Translations under genes and position numbers: made by a program
Shown: positions 55,201 to 64,000 of the stretch, in pieces
Layout of the letters: each line of letters opens with the position of its first letter
How positions within the stretch are numbered: position 1 is the stretch's first letter
Source: Utricularia gibba
Taxonomy: Eukaryota > Plantae > Magnoliophyta
Assembly (NCBI GenBank): GCA_002189035.1
Contig: CM007990.1
Span: 3,410,001 to 3,474,000 of the forward strand
Length of the DNA stretch: 64,000 nt
Reading direction: 5' to 3'
Notes under the pieces: model-generated
Databases searched by the model: none
Seen by the model: the letters and a program-made list of their open reading frames with translations, nothing else
Told to the model about the DNA's origin: nothing

Positions 55201-56040
55201 GTTTGGTTTTCAATCACTTTTCCAACAACAAGAAAGGTATCAAGGATTTTAAACTTCATCTCATTCTAATCCAGGACCTATGACACATAAGATGCCAACA
55301 GAATAGGTGAATGCATTCTACATTTTTCTAATTACGAAAACACAACTCCTTGAGATCGGCACTTGTACTATGCTTATTTCTATTCTACATTTTTCTAATT
55401 AAAATTTGTTGAAAAAACGACATCAGCAATATCCTTAAGATAAATAAAACATGATATTATTAAGATAAAATAGCGAAGATATCAGAAACATCGTAATATA
55501 GTTAGTCATGGAAACTAAAAGTTCAGAAAACTTAGAAAACAAAGAAATATTATTATGTTCCTTGTCTACTGCTGTTCACAACCCATAATAGCGCTGAACT
55601 AGGTTTTGTATTATTAAAGTCTCTGTGTGTGTTTATCACTAAAGCTCTTCTTTTTCCATTCTCTCTCCTCGAAAATATTCTCCTCTTTCATTTACCAAAG
55701 CAAGGCAAGTATGATTTTATGACAATCATACTGCTTCTGTTTCTGACTTACAATCTACTGCAACGATAGTGCATCATTATCCCTTTTTTCATGTTGCTCC
55801 TTCTGTGAATTGTCTGCATGGATGAAATCCATGTTTTACCCATAATCTCAGACTTTGCTATTGGATCACAAATGAGTTAGAACGTGGAGCTAAATCAAAG
55901 GATTTGGCCTACTAATCCACAAATATAATACATTTCCTAATTTTTTACAGAATAATTAAAACCATAAAATAAACATTTAAAATATAATTAAAAAATTATA
56001 ATTTTCATACCATAAAAATATTTAAGTTTTCTATAACTCT
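52294..56040 (-). mobile_element. Family B2 LTR split by an Athila insertion
   Basis: 52294-52958 and 55432-~56040 match the reverse complement of the two halves of 18787-20166 (TTAGTCTAAGCTCAAAC, GGTTTACCCACAT, GCTAAATCAAAGGATTT). The right end is approximate. Confidence 0.65.
52959..55431 (+). mobile_element. Athila-type element (family A LTRs): 5' LTR, PBS, gag, then only the tip of the 3' LTR
   Basis: LTR 52959-54093. A degenerate tRNA-Asp-type PBS AATTTTGGGTACCATTTCCAGGG lies at 54094-54116. Gag reads FIGRENDDPNHHLREL..KLQVFPFNLTEQALEWLYEL..TWEQMVQKFL (54560-54900). The LTR 3' tip reappears at 55320-55431. Confidence 0.85.
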
Positions 56041-56851
56041 TTTAGGTCGATTTTCTATCTATTTTATTTCACTTTCTCAATGTTTTTTAGTTCAATTTCA
56101 TATCTTTCATATCAATTCAATTTTTTTGTATGGAAAATAAAATTTATGATTTTTTAGGATGATTTTGATCTAAATTAGAGAAAATTAGACTATGCTTGGT
56201 GGAATCAAATATTTGAATTATGAGAATGAAGACTCGGTTAAAAATTGTCAAATAAAATAAAATTTACATCTTATCTTAAAATATTCAAATATAAAATTTG
56301 ATACGAGTCTATCAAAGAAGTCTATCAAATCTCTCTATGTAAAAACTTCAGCATCAACCTGTAGGAGGGACCGAAGTCTTTGAGTCAATCTAATAGTCAA
56401 GAGCGAGTCTAGCATTTGTTGGTTTTTTTCATCAATTTATTTTTTTACATTTAATATGAGGATTGATTCTTTTTTTTGCAACGTGGTCTTACCAATGTGT
56501 TCTTTTGTATCACGTAACCTTAAAATATTCTAGGAGAATCTTGGATTGGTTTCAAGCACTTAAGGAAAAGAACTTAATCGAATATTGTTGATAAGATATG
56601 TTCGATTGAATATGTCTGCGAGGTATGAGGTGTAAGGGTTATAATCGAATGTTTAGAAAAATGTAGGTTATTATAAGAGACGAAATGACTCTAGTGACAG
56701 TTGATTTTATAATCCTACTAATACATGACGGTGCTATGACTATTATCGAGTAGCATTATTTTAAAATAACGCCTCATAAATGCGTAAGTAGGTTAGTACT
56801 CAAGGTTTATACACACACATGCATATGAGGGAATTTTAGCAAGGTAGAATG

Positions 56852-58226
56852 TGTTGGGTTTCTCATTGACATCGTATGTTACAAAAGTAGTAGAGTTTAA
56901 AAATTCTTGAGAAACCCCAAACGCAGATCTTGGAATACGGTATACGTCAGATAAAGGGATACTATGAATACCATTCAGTGCACTCTAATGTTCACCAACC
57001 GTCAATAGCAGACGGCCTCTATGCTATCCACACGTCAAGCACTCCACCGATAACCTTCTCAAGGCTATCGAATGCTGGTCGATCTCCTCAAGTGCTAGTA
57101 GAGAAAATTGCCCTCTTGTAGATCAATCTCAGAGAGAATGAAGATGTGGAGATCTCTGTAGATCAAATCTTTCTGATAGATATTTGGTAACATATCAAAT
57201 TAAATTTTCATAATGATCTTGTCTTGTGGAGATACATATATATTCAAAATCTTATCTATATCAGATCTTTAATTTTGAGTTTAATCAATATTAATCTTAA
57301 AATAACTCTCTATTTAATTTATCCACTTTACCAATTACATCTCATATAATTGTATCATTCTATTTTATATTGATGAGTAACTCCATTATTGTGTGTGACC
57401 CTATAAGCTTCTTCAATCAAGGTCGTAATAATGGATTTATTAATTAACTCTTAATTAATCAAATCCATCATTATCGATCATGATTGATGTTTAGCAACAT
57501 ATCATGATCCCCAAGATATAAGAATAATCAGGTGAACTGATTGAGTCTTTCCATGATCAGCCACTATACAATGAATAGCTTTCATCATACTTATATCTCA
57601 TTCAATATCAGAACATGCGTGTGTGTCTTTCTAATGTATCGAACTTATAATTGCATTCAAGCACTAACACTCAATGACCTACTCAAACAATTCGAGTGTC
57701 GTTACCCTGGGCCAAGGACTTACTATTTGGCTTTGATGCAATTACTTGAGATATCGAAAATGTGAGCTTAAGATCAAAATAACTTTGTTGACTTCAAGTC
57801 TAAGCTTATTTGCACGGTTGTCATATTCGAGATCTTGCTACTAACACTTGATTAGCTTCCCATAGTAGCATCTCGAAGACGAGTCATCCAATGAATCGAT
57901 TCTCTAATCGACACCCACACATTGGTTCTAGTAATCTCATTACATCAATTGTGAAAACCATTGCCTAAACAATTTAGTGAACTCAATGTGTGCCAACCTA
58001 TCCGTATTTGTGATATATTCATTTCACAAACACTCTAGTCAGAGAGTTTTTAACTTGAGCATAAATGTTTGAAGAATCTCACATTATGATTTAATCATAA
58101 TTTCTATAGCACATAGATCAAATAGAAGATTTTATCAATGATGTAAACTTGATCACAATTCAAAGTAAACATCAAAAGATAAGATTTGCCAATGAGTTGA
58201 TTGTCTCTAGAACATATACACAAACA
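56852..58226 (-). mobile_element. Angela-like solo LTR, family C, copy 3
   Basis: TGTTGGGTTTCTC...TATACACAAACA with TSD GAATG/GAATA. Confidence 0.9.
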
Positions 58227-59169
58227 GAATATCGATCCAAAGACCCTTTTCTATATTGTTTTAAAACCATACTTTTACCCTTTTTTCAGTCCTTTTTGAG
58301 GTATTATTTTATAAAATATTCCAATAACAATTTTGTGTGAAGATGACTACAAAAACTTAATTTAAAACCATACTTAATACACTGACATTTTCTATGTACT
58401 TGCAAAATTGATATCACAGACAATATTAAAAAAAGTAATGTTTATTTTTACATAAATATATTTAGTAAAATATATAACTACAAAAACTTAATTTTGATAA
58501 TTAATTTTATATTTGTTTTATTCAAATTAATTTTTTTTAAAAACATAACTTATAGAAAACTACATTTATTACATTTGTACATGTCATTATCATAGACATA
58601 TATCATTCATTTGGTCATGGCTTGCCCTTCTTATGAATACAGTTTATGTAAATCACATTCATACCATTGAAAGGACATGATGCCATTCTTGCATATGTGG
58701 TTTATGTATTACCCATTCTTATATAGATTTTGTTTTTGTTTATGTATTAAAAATTATAATTTATAAGTATTTACCTTTAAATATATTATACTATATTTAA
58801 ATAATTTAAATTATTATTTATTCAAATATTATAATTTAAACGTACTAAAATTTCTAAGGATTTTCATCTAAAAAATTGTATTAGTAAATATATTTTTATA
58901 AAATAAAAGTTCTATTTCATAAATATGTATATTATAAATCAAATAAAATATATAATTAATTAAAATGATTAGTTTTTAGAAAGTAAAGTTATTGTGTAAA
59001 GATTTTTAAGATATAACTATATAAACAATGAATTTTTCGCAAGGAACTATATTACAAATTGAGTTGGATTGAGATCAATAAGATGGAGTAAACTTAGTCT
59101 TATTAAACTTGTTAAAGAATAGACCTATGTAAGAAAATGAAAGTATAGGAAACCTAACGAAATGTCACT

Positions 59170-59760
59170 TACATCGTATCTATTTACAACCAGACCAAAT
59201 ATCACTTACCTTGTAGGACTCTTGTCCAGGTTCATGACCAATCCACATCAAAATCACTGAGGCAGCAAAAAAGGTCCTTAATCATATAAGGTGTACGGTA
59301 AACCTCAAACTCAAGTATAAAAAAACATTCTAATCTCCTCAAGTGTTTTGTGGATAGTGATTTTACAAGTGATGTCATGGATTATAAATCCAGCACTGGA
59401 CATATGTTCTTGCTAGGAGGGATGATGTTCGTTTGGAACAGTCAAAAACAAGTAGTTTCACAATCATTGGCCAAAGCCGAGTACATGGTGGGAGCGGCTA
59501 CAGTGAATCATGCCATCTAGATCTTGAAAATCTTGAAGAACTTTGGGATAAATTTGAAAAAAAAAAATATAAGCCTCAAGATTGGCAATAAATCCACCAT
59601 CTGTGTATCTAGAAACCCAGTACAATTTGGAAGATGCAAGCACATAAATAGAAAGTACCATGTACTCAAAAATTATGCATGAGAAAAGATGGTTATGGTG
59701 GAGTATGTGGCCTCCGATGAACAGATTGCAGATCTACTTAGAAACACAAGGCAATTCTAC
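59170..59760 (+). pseudogene. Ty1/copia RT end and RNase H remnant
   Basis: TRPNITYLVGLLSRFMTNP, FVDSDFTSD..KSSTGHMF, SLAKAEY, NKSTICVSRNPVQFGRCKHINRKYH, SDEQIADL. Confidence 0.85.
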
Positions 59761-60249
59761 TATTTGCAAAGCTTGATGAGGCTACAAGAAATATAATCGA
59801 TCAATGCAAATTCCAAGGCATCTGAATCTGAGCATCAAGGTGGATTTGGGATGCTGATGAACTTATTCTAATGAACATAGTCAAAATCTTTGAGAAAAAA
59901 AAAATTGTACAGCGTGATGAATGGGAAGATGGAAATGGTGGGCTTAGAAATTATGAAATGTGCAAGTTGGAATAGTAACTCATTGGATTCAATTTTATTA
60001 AGCTGAATTATAAACAAAGAAAAAAGCGCAAGTCAGACAACTCTGACATGTATCATGCTTTCATAAGAAACATCATTGAGAGTTTACTCTAAGATATTAC
60101 ACTTTTATCTTATTACAATGCAAACTTGCATAATTCTTGCATGCGCTTTGTTGCATAACTTTCTCTAATGAGAGTTGCCAAAACTGATATGAAGGAGGAA
60201 ATTATTACAAAGGCTTATAAAAATTCAAATGCTCAAGACTATTGTAGTT

Positions 60250-60570
60250 ACAATGTGATTAGCAGCAAATAGTATTATGGAAGAACAATTGAGATATCAT
60301 GAAAGCTATTATGCACAATGAGTGAAATGTCCGACTAGATAGAGTCCCAAAAGACATAGCTATTGGATGTCTATCCAATGATGTATGTGCTATTTGACAA
60401 GTACCTCATTAGGCCGAAGGTTATGAGGTGAGAGAAGGAGCATGATATTGGAAATCTTTAGATGAACCATTCGTAAAGTGAATAACTAAAGAACAATCAA
60501 AAAGGATATTAATTGAAGTACATGTTAGAATGTGTGGGGTGTAATAGGACGAAAGCTAGAGATGAGTGCC
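60250..60570 (+). pseudogene. Tat/Ogre-type RNase H-integrase junction fragment
   Basis: KSLDEPFVK*ITKEQSKRILIEVHVRMCGV resembles RS.DG.LLRCL..EEA..IL.EVH.G.CG.H. Confidence 0.55.
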
Positions 60571-62118
60571 ACCAAGGGGCAACACCACTATGGTGCTTGA
60601 CAAACATCATCAAGAAGTTTAACAAATACCGCAAAAGCCTTAATAATCCAAAAAAGATCAAAAGAGCCCAACAATAATAGCTAACAAGACAAGAAAAAAT
60701 AATTCATAAAAAATAATATTTCCTTTAAAGATAAGATATATCCATATCTATGATTCCTAAAGTATGAAAAGTTTCTCAAAGTCATGTATAGAAATCAACT
60801 TCAATTTAAAAGATCATCTTATCTTGAATTTGCCTCAAACCTACTAAAGCTTATAGAAGTATTTCAGCGACCAGCACCTCCTCCTTCTACCTTTGTCCAG
60901 CATGACCCATCCCGGCCAACAACCAACTTCTATTCTAATCTTTTTCATTCATCATTAATAGATTTTACTCAATAGTATAAGTAGAAGCGCCCTGGTTTTC
61001 TCATTTTCTAAGTCATCACTCTTTTTGTTCTTCCTTCTTTTTTGCAAGAACAAACTGTCATCACAAACCACATGCTAAACATAATCCTATACATTTAATT
61101 GATTGTGAAAGGGATTTTTTTTTTTTACCATAGCAATAACAATAACCAAGATATTCCCCATCATAAGCTAAATCATCGAGCAATCACAATGGTGTGATGA
61201 TTTGGTTACGTTGATGTTTTCCTAATGACAAAATAATACTTAAAGAAGGACTTAGTTGCTAAGATTCCATAAATTAAACCATGATTGTTCGAAAAATTAA
61301 ACCATGATTGTTGCACCCCTGTCTATAACAAAATGACAAAAAAAAACCTTCATTAACAACTCTCTCAAAGACATCTCAAACTCAAACGCTCATTTTTGAC
61401 GTCTCACTCTTTCCTTTGAGTATGTGGGACAATCATGTTAAGCATTTATTTGTTTTTTTTTTGTGCTTGAAACCTATGCTCTCTTAAAGACATCTCAAAC
61501 TCTAACACCTCCCCTTCATGTCTGTCTTTGGGTACACATCTCAATCATGTTGCACTAATTCAGGAATTCAGAAATTGCATACACCTCCAAAGACTATTGC
61601 TTGAATCTTCCATCCATCCAGATAAGAAACTTGCACTAATCACTACTCAAAATTTCCAAAATATCTAAATTCAAGAGGGATAAAAAGTTGCACTATAGTG
61701 ACTAAGGCTTATATTCTCATAAAGGCTCCTACTGTGTGGAAAAGTCACTTGGATTACAAAATCTTATGTATGGTGTATTTGATTTTTCATAGTTTTATCA
61801 AAGAAATCTTTACCTTTTGGCATCCTAAACCTTTTCTCTTTCTTTACTCTTCTCTTTATTTTCTCTTCTTTTTCTTCTTCTATTTTCTTTTTTCTTTTCC
61901 TCTTTTTCTAGTTACTATAGGAAAAACATAGAAATAGATAGCAAGAAAAAAAAAAAATCAAGGCAAATGAAAAAAGCCAAGTTGATCATAAGCATGAAAC
62001 CTTTTATTAGTGTATAATTTAATATCCAAACTACATATAATTGTAATGCTCAACTATAAAAAAAAAAGTAATGAAACTAACGGACAATAAACTCTTCACC
62101 TATAGTAAATGTTATGTC

Positions 62119-62263
62119 TAGACTTGGGCAGCGAGTTGGGTCAACCTATCAACCCATCGGGTTGACTCGTAATGATCCCGTTTGTTGACTAGCACTCATC
62201 AAATATGGGTGCGAGTTGGATTGCGTCAAGATGGATTTGGGTCAACTCAATGGGTTGGCATAT
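62119..62263. mobile_element. hAT-type element terminus, cut by an LTR insertion
   Basis: Starts TAGACTTGGGCA followed by GGGTCAACC/GGGTTGAC subterminal motifs typical of plant hAT ends. The partner end was not seen. Confidence 0.45.
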
Positions 62264-63383
62264 TGTTGTGTATAGTTTCCTCAACAAGTTTTTATTTAAA
62301 AAAAACATAAAATACAAATAAAGTATAGTACGAGTGTCGATCTTAAAGAGTTGAGTTTTGCGAAATTGTTTTGTACTATACTTGTACAAATTGTCATGGG
62401 TTTGACAAAAAGGGGTTTTAAAAATACATAATCAAGAAATACAATGCAAGTAATAGACCTTGACTAAGGGTTGCAATTCCCAGGAAATGGATTTCTTATA
62501 CTTCTTTTGTCTATCCTTGCCTCGGCTCTCATTGATTCCTTCTGCATAACTAGTTAGAAGAGCAAGGAATAGCCTTATGTGATTTTTCCTTGGACGATTG
62601 AAAGAACAAGAGGATTACCATTGATTGCCTTGAAAACCAAATTTTGCACATGTGGAACTGTTGCCAATGACTAGTGGCGAGTACGAGATCACTACCCGTC
62701 CACTGTTGCAGTACCTCGCTCACAAACAATTCGCTATCTCCCTCGAACTAATAAGGTTGGATATGTTGCTCTTCACCTTGCTTTTCATCAAAATCCACAA
62801 GGATTGGCTTGCTATTAATGGTTTATGACTAGGAGAAGTTATAGTAAGACTGCAACATGACGCATGGAAATATGAAAAATTCGAAAGAAATTCAGTAAAT
62901 AATCGAGATTAATGCTCAAGACATGAGAGGAAACTTCATCTATTTCCAAAAACTAAAAAGGTTTAGCCACGAATGGCCATGAAAACAAAAAATGAAAACA
63001 TAAAGTTAAATTGTTCTTCCCACCTTTAGTGGAGAGAAGAACCAAAATTTCTAAGTACGAGAATAAGTGAGAAAAGGTTTGAAAAGTAAGCGCCTAATCA
63101 TTCTTTCTATCTTGCGTGCGCCATCAGTTTTCCCATGTGTGCAAGTAAGCGCCTAATCATTCTTGTAGACTCTGACATACCGTAAGTCAGAGGTCCTAAC
63201 TAGTATCAATCTTCCACCTACAATTGATCTAAGTTGTGTGTAAGGCACAATACGTCAGTGTCTAGTCTCCTGCAAGCCTCCTGCAACACTTTAAACCTGT
63301 CTTCTGACATTTTGGGTGAAATTGCATGTAAGAAGACGAAAAATATGTACAGAATACAAAAATATGATTTTTCTAATAAAATC
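62264..63383 (-). mobile_element. Family A LTR, interrupted near its 5' end
   Basis: Collinear with 26913-28080. Confidence 0.85.
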
Positions 63384-64000
63384 TGTTGCGTGTCGTTTAC
63401 TCAACAAATTTTAAATATTTAAAACGTAGGACACTAGAAAGCGTAGTACGAGTATCGATCTCAGGGAGTTGTTTTTCGTGGAAAGTGTTTTGTAAATAAT
63501 TTCTACAAAATGTCACAGTTTTGTAAAAGGGGGTTTTTAAGATGCAGAAATAAAAGATGCAACCTAAGTGATGGGCCTTGACTACGGGACGCAGTTCGTG
63601 GGAATAAGACTCCATCTCCTTCCTTTGTCCGTTTTTGCCTCAGTTTTCACTGATTTCTTCCAAATAGCTAGTTATAGGAGCAAGGAATAGCCTACTCTCC
63701 CTTACACTCTGATTGACAATGAGGCGCGGGAATAACCTCATGTGATTCCCCCTTGGACGATTAGGAAGACAAGAGGATTGCCTTCAAAACCGAATTGTGC
63801 GCGTGTGCCCAGCTGTTGCCAATGGCTAGTGGCAGGTCCGAGGTCACAACCTGTCCACTGTCGCGGTACCTAGACCACAAACAATCTGCTACTTCCCTTG
63901 AACCAGCAGGGTTGGAGTTGGTGCTCTTCACCTTGATCTTCACCAAAATCCATGAGAAGTGGCCTGCTACTCATGGACCTTGACTAAGAGTCGTTACAGA
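63384..64000 (-). mobile_element. Family A LTR running off the window
   Basis: Starts TGTTGCGTGTCG and is closely similar to 26913-27540. Confidence 0.85.

Overview
AT-rich plant (eudicot-like) nuclear DNA, mostly decayed transposons, with two host genes. (1) A 14-exon casein kinase 1-like gene on the minus strand (5495-8330). (2) A single-exon GIS/ZFP8-clade C2H2 zinc-finger/EAR gene on the plus strand (45784-46346). As written, each carries one -1 frameshift in a short C/G run, so these are either assembly errors or null alleles. The rest comprises PIF/Harbinger and hAT remnants (1-3.1 kb, 8.7-11.6 kb), an Athila-type Ty3 3' half with an open integrase C-terminal frame (12.9-16.7 kb), and a ~22 kb nested block (16.9-39.1 kb). 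In that block an old Ty1/copia element is split by Athila- and Angela-type insertions. Eight solo LTRs across the window keep readable 5-bp TSDs. A TE-poor 39-48 kb interval surrounds the zinc-finger gene, a TIR/TSD-bounded MULE lies at 49.1-51.8 kb, and further LTR debris runs to the end. The most unusual unexplained signal is the palindrome CTTGCGCAAG, with six perfect and two near copies across the LTR, 3' region and integrase CDS of one Athila element. I saw no rRNA, tRNA, CRISPR or prokaryotic features. All alignments were by eye, and family names come from remembered motifs, not database searches.
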